A stretch of 57,821 nucleotides of DNA from contig JANOGP010000215.1 in assembly GCA_031406075.1 (NCBI GenBank), forward strand, positions 1 to 57,821, read 5' to 3'. The notes beneath the pieces were generated by a model. That model made no database searches. It had not been told where the DNA came from and saw only the letters and a list, made by a program, of their open reading frames with translations. Of this stretch, positions 1 to 7,833 are shown piece by piece. How positions within the stretch are numbered: the first letter of the stretch is position 1; every line of letters begins with the position of its first letter. This stretch comes from Betaproteobacteria bacterium (GTDB lineage: Bacteria > Pseudomonadota > Gammaproteobacteria > Burkholderiales > JACQAP01). The translations under genes were made by a program, and so were the position numbers.

Positions 1-702
1 GTGATCCCCAACATCCAGATCGCCGACATTCTCGGCGGCGCGGTGGTGCCGGCGATGGGTATCCTCGCTGCGCTGCGCGATGCGCAGCGCAGCGGCCAGG
101 GCCGGTATGTCGATGTCGCCATGACCGAAGGCGTGCTCGCCCACAATCTGCAGGCGCTGGCCGCGGTTGCGTCGACCGGCAAGGCGCGGCCGCGTGGCGC
201 GGATTTCCTGTCGGGGCGCGAACCATGCTATTCGGTTTATCGCACAGCCGACGGCCGCCACATGGCAGTGGGCGCGCTGGAGCGTAAATTCTGGGAACGC
301 GTGTGTGACGTTTTGCAGCGTCCGGATCTCAAGGCTTGCCACTGGGAAATCCGCACTGAGCCCGGCGCCAGGGATGCGCCGTGGGGCAAGGAACAAATTA
401 GCGCGATCTTCGCATCCCGGGCGCAAGCTTACTGGGTCGAAAAATTTTCCAGCGAGGATTGCTGCGTGAGTCCGGTGTTGACGCTGGAAGAGAGTTTCCA
501 GGATCCGCAGATCCTTGCGCGCGGGATGGTGGTGCGCGACGGCGAAACGCTGCAGTTCGCGCCGCCGCTGAAAATGAGCGAGTACGAGTTCACCACCGAG
601 CGCGCGGCGCCCAAGGCGGGCGAGCATAATGACGAGATCCTTCAGGCGGCCGGTTATACCGCTGCCCAGATCGAGGCGTTACGCACAGCAGGCGTCATCT
701 GA
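1..702 (+). CDS. CoA-transferase family III (CaiB/BaiF-like) protein, C-terminal part; the 5' end lies outside the window
   Basis: Frame is open from base 1. The sequence (..YVDVAMTEGVLAH.., ..CYSVYRTADGRHMAVGALERKFWERVCDVL.., C-terminal ..HNDEIL..AGY..IEALR..GVI) is typical of family III CoA-transferases and racemases. Confidence 0.7.
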   Translation: MIPNIQIADILGGAVVPAMGILAALRDAQRSGQGRYVDVAMTEGVLAHNLQALAAVASTGKARPRGADFLSGREPCYSVYRTADGRHMAVGALERKFWERVCDVLQRPDLKACHWEIRTEPGARDAPWGKEQISAIFASRAQAYWVEKFSSEDCCVSPVLTLEESFQDPQILARGMVVRDGETLQFAPPLKMSEYEFTTERAAPKAGEHNDEILQAAGYTAAQIEALRTAGVI

Positions 703-753
703 CGGTGCACTTCCGTTTTATCTGCGCCTCTGCGGTGAAGCCCTTTTTCAGGC

Positions 754-2178
754 TTAAAGCGATTCAACGAACTTCACCAGCGCGGCGCGATCTGCCTTCG
801 GCATATTTCTGAACGAATCGCGCGATTTGTCGGCGGCACCGCCGTGCCACAGGATGGCCTCGATCACGTCGCGGGCACGGCCATCGTGCAGCAGGTTGTT
901 ATGTCCGCTTACGGTCCGAGTCAGGCCGACGCCCCACAGCGGCGGCGTACGCCACTCGCGACCGCTGGCCCGGAAATCCGGCCGGCCATCCGCCAACGCT
1001 TCGCCCATGTCGTGCAGCAACAAGTCGGTGTACGGATGAATGACCAGATTCGCGGCGGCCGCAATTGCAGGTTTGCTGCCAGTTTCGAGCCGGGGCACGT
1101 GGCAGGCGCCGCAATTGGCTTGCGCAAAGAGGCCTTCACCGCGTATCACCTCGGCGTCGTCCACGTTTCGCCGGGCGGGCACCGCCAGCGCCTGAAGGTA
1201 CAAGGTAATGTTGGTGAGGCGGCTGGGGACGACCTCGGGCCGGTAATTTCCGGTACATCCGCCCTGGCCGCCGCATTTGCTTGCCGATGGCAAGTCCAGG
1301 CACTGAACCTGCACGCTCGGACAGTTCTCCTCCGGGAAAAATTCCGATGTCGCGCCGATATCGCCGAAAAACGCGGCCGCCGTTTGCTGACGCAGGTTGG
1401 GTTGGTTTGCTTTCCAGCCGAAGCGGCCGAGCACGGTCTTGCTGTTTTCGTAGTCCCAGACGTAGTTCGGTCTGCCGCTCACCCCGGACTTTTCCTGTTT
1501 TGCGGCGAGAGCAAGAATTGTTTCCTCGGGCACGGCTTCCAGTAATCCGAGCCCGACCATGGCAGGCGCTATGCGCAGTGACGTCAAGGCGTCCTTGCCG
1601 AGTTCACCGAATCCAAGGGCCAGGAACTGAATCTTCGGCACACGCAGAACGACGTTTTCTCCATCGGCCAGGCTCACTTCGCGCGCTTGATAGGTAATGA
1701 CCGCCTGGCCTTCGGCGGGGACGCGACCGGGAATACCCCGGTTTTGCAACTGGTCGCCGTAGGCGGGATGCGGATTCGGTGCTCCTTCCTTGGTCTGACC
1801 CGAAATGCTCAGGCGAACCAGCATTCCGCGGACGGATTCCTCACCGTTCTCCGGCGCTTTGGCGCGTCCATTGTTTACATGACAGTGTGCGCAGCGGTCC
1901 TCGTTGAACGTAGGACCCAGACCCCAGACCCCTCCGGGCTCCGGCGCGACCACCCACGCTTCATTGAATTGCTCTTTGCCCTTGATGAACTGCTCGGCCT
2001 GCTCTTTGTTGAGCATGGCGACCGGTATCGAAAAGGCGTTCGCATCCGATTCGGCTGTGGTGAAACTTCCTGCGGAAAGCGCAGCGGGTTCGAATAGATC
2101 GGTATTGCCGCTCGCCAGCAATGCCATGCAGGCGAGACTGGCCGACACGGCCAGACTTGGTGCGTTGATCGGTGACAT
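754..2178 (-). CDS. DUF1111-type di-haem cytochrome c (putative thiol oxidoreductase or peroxidase), secreted
   Basis: Two CxxCH haem motifs (CAHCH, CGACH) spaced as in DUF1111. I chose the internal start MSPINAPSLAVSASLACMALLASG because it gives a signal peptide; the ORF is open up to 2286. Confidence 0.7.
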   Translation of the reverse strand: MSPINAPSLAVSASLACMALLASGNTDLFEPAALSAGSFTTAESDANAFSIPVAMLNKEQAEQFIKGKEQFNEAWVVAPEPGGVWGLGPTFNEDRCAHCHVNNGRAKAPENGEESVRGMLVRLSISGQTKEGAPNPHPAYGDQLQNRGIPGRVPAEGQAVITYQAREVSLADGENVVLRVPKIQFLALGFGELGKDALTSLRIAPAMVGLGLLEAVPEETILALAAKQEKSGVSGRPNYVWDYENSKTVLGRFGWKANQPNLRQQTAAAFFGDIGATSEFFPEENCPSVQVQCLDLPSASKCGGQGGCTGNYRPEVVPSRLTNITLYLQALAVPARRNVDDAEVIRGEGLFAQANCGACHVPRLETGSKPAIAAAANLVIHPYTDLLLHDMGEALADGRPDFRASGREWRTPPLWGVGLTRTVSGHNNLLHDGRARDVIEAILWHGGAADKSRDSFRNMPKADRAALVKFVESL

Positions 2179-2267
2179 TCGGGATCGACGAGTTGGGGAA
2201 GGTTTACAAAGCGCCGCGCACTCGCGCGGGGCTGAAGTTGTGCTGCCGTGCCTCGCACCGGGCGCCG

Positions 2268-2555
2268 TCAGTGATCGTGGTCCCACGGGCTGTGCTTGAC
2301 TTCGGGCGGAATCCAGATTGTTTGATAGATCTTCTGCAAATCCTTTTCCTTGGCGATTTCATCGCTTTCCGAAAGCTTCGAATACTTTGCCTGCGTCGGG
2401 CTGGAGTGGTTCTTGGTATTCAGGCTGGGCGCCGAAATGACTTTTCTAAGGCTGCCCTTGCAGCTCCGACAATGCGCCGGCCCCGGGTCGTTCATCCCGT
2501 GGCGGGTCTGGTAGATCACGCGACACGGGTCGCAGGCGTACTCATAGGTCGGCAT
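2268..2555 (-). CDS. FmdB-family zinc-ribbon putative regulatory protein
   Basis: Starts MPTYEYACDPC...CRSCKG, the canonical FmdB CxxC...CxxC ribbon. ATG at 2555; 95 aa. Confidence 0.75.
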   Translation of the reverse strand: MPTYEYACDPCRVIYQTRHGMNDPGPAHCRSCKGSLRKVISAPSLNTKNHSSPTQAKYSKLSESDEIAKEKDLQKIYQTIWIPPEVKHSPWDHDH

Positions 2556-2590
2556 TTTCGTTCTCCTGCGTTCTTGCTTGGACGGAACTG

Positions 2591-2620
2591 AAAAGGGCCG
2601 ATCCCGGATGGAATCGGCCC
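2591..2620 (-). terminator. Weak intrinsic terminator or attenuator hairpin between the amidohydrolase and the fmdB-like gene
   Basis: On the minus strand, GGGCCGAT-(10 nt loop)-ATCGGCCC followed by TTTT. It lies 22 nt after the amidohydrolase stop. Confidence 0.35.
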
Positions 2621-2641
2621 CATCGACGACAGCTCCGGAAA

Positions 2642-3973
2642 TCAGGCCAGCTTGGTCTTGTTTTCCAGAATCTCGACTTTTGCCTGCATCGCCGCCTGCT
2701 TGTTGATATTCCAGATGCGGGCTGCATTCTCGCCGAAGACTTTGCGACGGATTTCGTCGGTGATTTTCGGATAACCGTAGCCTTCGACCAGTTGGTCCGG
2801 GATCTGGAATTTGCGGAACGCCTCGATCTGCCATTGCGGGTTGCCCCACAGCAGCGAATCGGTGCCCCACAGCACGTAGTCGGGCCCAAGGTCCCGCAGC
2901 AAGGTGCCGATAACATGCGCACATTCCACCGGCCGGCTGGTGACGGTCGCCGCGAACGTCGAGCCGACTTCGCAGTACAGGTTCTTGCGCTGCGGCTTGA
3001 AAGTCCTCAGCGCGGCCAGTTCATTGTGATACGGCCAAGCCGAGTGATAGGCGATGAAGTTCAGATCCAGGAAGTCATCCGCCACAGCGTCGAAGTCCTC
3101 CGCGTGCGCATAACGCGCGTAGAACTGGCCGAACGGGATGCCCTTGTGGCAGCCGATGTTTTTGATGCCCAGCTTGCGGCACTTCTCCCACATCGGGTAC
3201 GCGAGTTTCTCGTCGTCGAACCACCAGCCTTTCTTTGCGGTCGCGTCAAATGTGTAGAGTTTGAGGCCGGAAACCTTGTACTGCTCGGCGTACTGCGTCA
3301 GGCGATCCAGCGTCACGCTCAGGCCCTGGTTCGGCGTCAGCCCGCCGGCCAGCATCAGGGTGGACTTCGGCCAATTGTTGCGCACCCCGACCTGGTACTC
3401 CATCGGGATCATGTCCTGCCCGCCGTAATGCTCGCGGAAGCCGAACGGGTTGAAGATGCCGACGGTGGTGTCGCTTTCCTGCAGGATCAGCTTGCCGTAG
3501 TTCTCGACGTTCATGTCGCGCGTGCCGTTGGCCAGGCCGAAAGCCTTGCCGAGATCGTCGAGCAACTGCACGAACCACATGCCGCGCTCGGTGGTGTTGA
3601 CGCCGAGTTGATAGTGGCCCGGGCGGGTACACACGTGCGTGTGAACATCGACGATGAAGTCGCTGCTGGCGCGAGCGACCTGGATGGCTTCGTTCTTGGC
3701 GCCGACGTCGGCAGCTTCGGCCGCGCCGACCTCGAAGAACTTCATTCCCGTAATTTCGTTGGCAGCGAGCATCGCCGCCGAGAAACCCAGGGAAGACTTG
3801 ATGAAATTACGTCGGGAGACGCCGGCCTTCTTGGCATAGCCGTCCATCCTCTCGGAGATTTTCGGCCCCATGCCCCCGGTGAGGAACAATGAAGTGCCGG
3901 TTTCGTTACCGTTGAACGGGTCCTTGGGTAGCTCATCAAGGCCCTTGAAGTGCTGCAGGATATTGAACTCCAT
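2642..3973 (-). CDS. Metal-dependent amidohydrolase-family protein with a twin-arginine (Tat) signal
   Basis: HxH metal motif (DVHTHVC) and the general amidohydrolase layout. SRRNFIKSSLGFSAAMLAA is a Tat motif. A strong SD (GGAGGAGGAG) precedes the ATG at 3973. Confidence 0.7.
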   Translation of the reverse strand: MEFNILQHFKGLDELPKDPFNGNETGTSLFLTGGMGPKISERMDGYAKKAGVSRRNFIKSSLGFSAAMLAANEITGMKFFEVGAAEAADVGAKNEAIQVARASSDFIVDVHTHVCTRPGHYQLGVNTTERGMWFVQLLDDLGKAFGLANGTRDMNVENYGKLILQESDTTVGIFNPFGFREHYGGQDMIPMEYQVGVRNNWPKSTLMLAGGLTPNQGLSVTLDRLTQYAEQYKVSGLKLYTFDATAKKGWWFDDEKLAYPMWEKCRKLGIKNIGCHKGIPFGQFYARYAHAEDFDAVADDFLDLNFIAYHSAWPYHNELAALRTFKPQRKNLYCEVGSTFAATVTSRPVECAHVIGTLLRDLGPDYVLWGTDSLLWGNPQWQIEAFRKFQIPDQLVEGYGYPKITDEIRRKVFGENAARIWNINKQAAMQAKVEILENKTKLA

Positions 3974-4390
3974 CGCGCTCCTCCTCCGTGCTTGTTATCA
4001 AAATTTCTGTTTTGACCACAGAACGGCTCGCCAGAAACACCGGGCCGGCCGCCCAGTCCTACACCGACAACGCAATGCTTATTTTCGGCCACGCTACACT
4101 TATCGCGCGCGCGTTGCAACGCCTGCCTGGCGGCGCGACGGGACGCGCCGAATTTCAGCAATGTCGTTCCTGGAAAGTATCCACCCATTGAATGGTCGGG
4201 CGGCCACGAAATCGCGACAAAACAAACGCCTCGGCGTAGCACTCGTGGCCAGAGACTGCCAGCCCGGGTCACTCACGGGAATGCGGGCGCCAAGGCGCCC
4301 GTGATGTGGCAGCGCAGCACCCGCGGAGGCGCGGATCGCATTACGATTCGAGTTCCGCCAATCCTGAATACACAACTGACGGAATTACCC

Positions 4391-4707
4391 ATGACCAGCA
4401 GAATCTGGCACGAATGGACCAGCCGGCAGAATGCCGGCTCCTGCGAGAGCCTGCTGCGCAGCGAAATCTTCAGGGGAGTCGAGCACCGCGATCCCGGATT
4501 AGCGCGGCATCCATCTGCTCAGGCGCGGCGTACCTGAAGGGGTCGAATTCGTGACCGTCATGTGGTTCGATTCGCCCGACGCGGTACAGTCGTTTGCCGG
4601 AGAAGATTTCGAAGCCGCAGTGGTGCCCGCCAAAGGCGCACGAGTTGCTATCCCGGCTCGACGCGCGCTCGACGCATTACAATGTTCTTGTCTCACCGGA
4701 GCAATGA
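4391..4707 (+). pseudogene. ABM-domain (antibiotic-biosynthesis-monooxygenase-like) gene disrupted by two +1 frame changes
   Basis: Three consecutive frames give MTSRIWHEWT..LLRSEIFRGVEHRDPGL, then RGIHLLRRGVPEGVEFVTVMWFDSPDAVQSFAGEDFEAAVVPAK, then AHELLSRLDARSTHYNVLVSPEQ*. Joined, they read as one about 104-aa ABM protein. The span is 317 nt, which is 3n+2. Confidence 0.55.
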
Positions 4708-4710
4708 GAG

Positions 4711-5100
4711 ATGAGCAAAATCCAGAAATCGGAACAAGAATGGCGGAATGTGCTGGCGCCGGAGCAGTTTCGCGTGCTGCGCGAGGAAGGCACCGAGCGC
4801 CATTTCACCAGCCCGCTCAACAGCGAATACGCCAAGGGCACGTTTACCTGCGCCGGCTGCGGCCAGCCGTTGTTCAAGTCGGATATGAAGTTCGATAGCA
4901 AGACCGGCTGGCCCAGTTTCTTTTCAGCAATTCCCGGCGCGCTGGAAACCAAATCGGACCGCACGCTGTTCATGGAGCGAACCGAATACCATTGCGCCAA
5001 CTGCGGCGGTCACCAGGGGCATGTTTTCGAAGACGGCCCCGATCCGACCGGCCTGCGTTACTGCAACAACGGCGTGGCGCTCAAGTTCGAACCGGATTGA
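4711..5100 (+). CDS. msrB: Peptide-methionine (R)-S-oxide reductase
   Basis: 129 aa with CAGCG..., GWPSF and the C-terminal CANCGGHQGHVFEDGP..RYC motifs typical of MsrB. Confidence 0.92.
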   Translation: MSKIQKSEQEWRNVLAPEQFRVLREEGTERHFTSPLNSEYAKGTFTCAGCGQPLFKSDMKFDSKTGWPSFFSAIPGALETKSDRTLFMERTEYHCANCGGHQGHVFEDGPDPTGLRYCNNGVALKFEPD

Positions 5101-5124
5101 CTTGATTGACGGGTGGCGGGCCGA

Positions 5125-5898
5125 TTACCTGACGTTGATCTCGACGCGCCTGTTCCGCGATTCGTAAACATTGTTCCGGGTTGGAATAAGGAGCTCCCGT
5201 TCGCCGCGACCGGCGATAGTGATGTTGCCCGGTGGGATGCCGCGGGCCATCAATAGCTGACGCACGTGTTTAGCCCGTTGCGATGACAGCTTGTCGTTGA
5301 ACTGAATGGAACCGACGGTATCGGTGTGTCCGATGACCGAAATTTCCGCTGCCGGCCGTTTCGCAAGCTCCGCCAGCACCCTCGCCAACTCTTTCTTCGA
5401 CGTGGCGGTCAAAGCGTCTTCCCCCTTCAAAAAATACAGCATGAAGCCGGCCGGCTTGGGCGGCAGCGCCGCAAGCGTTGCAGCGAATGCCTCTCGTGCA
5501 ACCACCGGGTCCTCGATGAGTTGCCTGACCTGCCCGGGCCCTTCGATCACCGCGGAAGCATAGGCCTTGTCGAGCACGATCTCGACGCCGTCCTGTCTGA
5601 CCACGACGGCACCCACCGAGCCGTCGGCCTTGGGCAACAGAATGACCTGATCGTTACGCGTAACTTTCTTCTCGACGGGCGGAGGTTCCGGCGGCGGCGC
5701 GGGTTTCGGTGGCGTAACCTGAACAGGCTACGCCGGTTCCGGTATCGGCACTGGATCCGGCTGAGGAAACAGCAGCGAACACGAAGCCAGGGACTGCGCA
5801 AGGGCAAGGGCAACTGTTGCGCGGGCACATGCGTTGCACCCGCCGCGATCGTCGGCCGCGACGTGCTGCGCACCGGTGATTTCACGCCGGTCGGGCAT
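5125..5898 (-). pseudogene. OmpA-family lipoprotein interrupted by an in-frame TAG (5727..5725)
   Basis: SD GGGAGA precedes the ATG at 5898. Lipobox ..ALAQSLASC, then a Pro-rich linker, then a C-terminal OmpA/Pal-type peptidoglycan-binding domain (VIGHTDTVGS..FNDKLSSQRA..RNRRVEINV). All are in one frame apart from a single TAG at codon 58. Confidence 0.6.
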
Positions 5899-6035
5899 GA
5901 TTCTCCCTTTCACTTTAAGCCGCCGTCAACGGGGCTTGCGCGATCACAACCTGCGGCCGCGTACGCCCATAACCATTCAGGCTACGGCAATCGCACTGGC
6001 AGACCGTGCACAACTGACGCTTTTATTCGATGCGG

Positions 6036-6707
6036 TTACTGCGTGGACGCGCCTGGCTGCCTTCTCTTTTTCGGCCTGGGTTTGGGCTTGTCCTTATTCT
6101 TGGGCAGTTCGATTGAAACCGCCGCAGCCTCCGTGTATGTGGCGACGACATTATCGCCCGCGGTCAGAGATTCCAGCACGTCGCGGTCACGGACGTAAAG
6201 GTCTACCAGGTTTGCGTCCGGAAGCTTCAGCGTCAGCGTCTTCTCCTTCGGACTTACCGCTTCCACGTAAGCGACAACGGTGAATTGCCTCGCGGCGCCC
6301 GACACCGCATTGTCTCCGGTCCCGGAATCCGGCGCCGTTTCCTCGAATGCGACCGGATCGCTCGTTTCCGTTTTGCGAAGTTTCAGTCCCACCGACTCGT
6401 GATAGCGCACGACGACTTCGTCCCCGACCTGAACCTGTGGCAGGTTTCTGACCCGCTTCTCCACACGAAGCGTGATCGGGCGTCCCTTCGGTCCGTTCAG
6501 CGTTATCTCGCGTGCATCGAGATCGATTGCTTCGACCGTCGCCTTGATTTTCGCCGACCGTCCGTACATGACCGGACTGGAATCCTCCAGCACGGTGATG
6601 GCCGCCGGTTTCGTGTCTTGGACAGGCTTTGTGTCCTGGGCAACAGCCATGCCTGCGCAGAGCACCGCGAAGCACGCAGTGTGCAGCAACGCCCAAATTA
6701 GTTTCAT
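6036..6707 (-). CDS. Secreted hypothetical protein with an internal two-fold repeat and a Lys/Pro-rich tail
   Basis: SD GGGAGG precedes the ATG at 6707. Signal peptide MKLIWALLHTACFAVLCAGMAVA. Two repeats of about 55 aa (..VEAIDLDAREITLNGP..VQVGDEVVVRYHES and ..VEAVSPKEKTLTLKLP..LTAGDNVVATYTEA). Confidence 0.6.
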   Translation of the reverse strand: MKLIWALLHTACFAVLCAGMAVAQDTKPVQDTKPAAITVLEDSSPVMYGRSAKIKATVEAIDLDAREITLNGPKGRPITLRVEKRVRNLPQVQVGDEVVVRYHESVGLKLRKTETSDPVAFEETAPDSGTGDNAVSGAARQFTVVAYVEAVSPKEKTLTLKLPDANLVDLYVRDRDVLESLTAGDNVVATYTEAAAVSIELPKNKDKPKPRPKKRRQPGASTQ

Positions 6708-6789
6708 TGCACTGCCTCCCTTGCTTTCCTGAGCGCATCGAGGGCCGGGATCGGCGTCCACACGGATCGACATCCCCGCTTTCCCCGCC

Positions 6790-6948
6790 TCACTGCTGCG
6801 GGTCTGGTTTTCCTTCAGCGGGCGGCGGCGCAGGGGTATCCGCAGGCGGCACATCCTTCTCCGCCTTGCGCAGGCGCTTTTCTTCCTGCTTTCTCTTTTT
6901 AGCCAGCTCTTTTTGGCGCTTTTCGAATTGATAGTTTGGTTTCGGCAA
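6790..6948 (-). CDS. Possible small (52 aa) Lys/Glu-rich protein with a TTG start; absent from the ORF track
   Basis: My own translation gives (M)PKPNYQFEKRQKELAKKRKQEEKRLRKAEKDVPPADTPAPPPAEGKPDPQQ*. AAAGGA lies 7 nt upstream of the TTG. Same strand as the 6036..6707 gene and 82 nt upstream of it. Confidence 0.3.
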   Translation of the reverse strand: MPKPNYQFEKRQKELAKKRKQEEKRLRKAEKDVPPADTPAPPPAEGKPDPQQ

Positions 6949-7425
6949 TCTGTTGTCCTTTCGTCATCATTTCGTTAATCATTTGCCGCCTCGGCCCGTC
7001 GTCGTCCTGGGATCTTGCGCCCCGCCATACACCGGGCTGCGGCATTCGCGCACCTGAATCCCCCGTGTGCCCGACAGCCACGGTGACATATTCTCACGGG
7101 CCAGCACCGGATGGCGATCAAGGATTGCCCCGAGCGATCGTCAATGCGGCGGCAAGCCAGCATCGCAAGCTCCGCGGCGTTCGCCTGCTCCGACGCTACC
7201 GGCGCGACTCGCCTCCTGACCGCGGACGAAGCAACCGCCAAATAGTTTATTCTATATCATTCAGATATATAAACCATTCATCATACTATTTACTTCATGC
7301 TTTCCTGAAAATCATCTATGCACGGTCGCAACCCGTCCCTATCGAAACCCTTAAGGTTGAATTGCTGGCCTTGATTTTTTCTTGTGTCTTGATGACCCTC
7401 ATGCTTCGCCGCAAGCCTTTCGGTT

Positions 7426-7780
7426 TCAGGTTTTTCGCTGGGACCGAGGGGCTTCCGGGACGATTACCGAGATGTGCGGGTGCCCTGGAAGGTAGCGAAT
7501 TGCGACTTTGTCTCCAACCGCGAACGTGATTCCTCGCGGAAGCCGATTCGTAACTGGAGATCGGATTCTCCCAACCCATGGCGAGAAAGCGGTACTGAAC
7601 CGTTGCACCCCGCAAATGGGGCGCGTAGCCGGTTATTTCCGCTTCCGTCGGCAGGCCTTTGCGCAGCACCGTTTCGGTTTCCTCGCGCCTGGCTCTCAGG
7701 ACCTGACCGAACACCCACAACAGGAAGCCGATGAACGGAAACGCTACGATGGAAAGGATCAGCCAGCCATGCCCGCTCAT
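7426..7780 (-). pseudogene. DUF3592-like membrane protein, frameshifted
   Basis: The N-terminal TM helix plus ..GYAPHLRGATVQYRFLAMGWENP is in one frame. The expected continuation ..RSPVTNRLPRGITFAVGDKVAIRYLPGHPHISVIV.. is in another frame (ORF 7426..7608). The frame change is near 7555-7575. Confidence 0.45.
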
Positions 7781-7833
7781 CGGCTGGCTCCATGACCGCA
7801 GAATGCCCCCTCCTGCCCGATATCCATTGCCGG

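Noticed and set aside
5326-6283. Plus-strand ORFs of 290 aa and 149 aa across the OmpA-lipoprotein locus.
   Set aside because: They are extremely Arg-rich low-complexity translations antisense to a recognisable OmpA-domain gene, with no start-site support.
6975-7241. Possible additional decayed gene in the 7000..7240 GC-rich gap (ORFs 6975..7241 minus and 6936..7529 plus).
   Set aside because: I translated all minus-strand frames by eye and found no recognisable motif. A pseudogene cannot be supported without a homology search.
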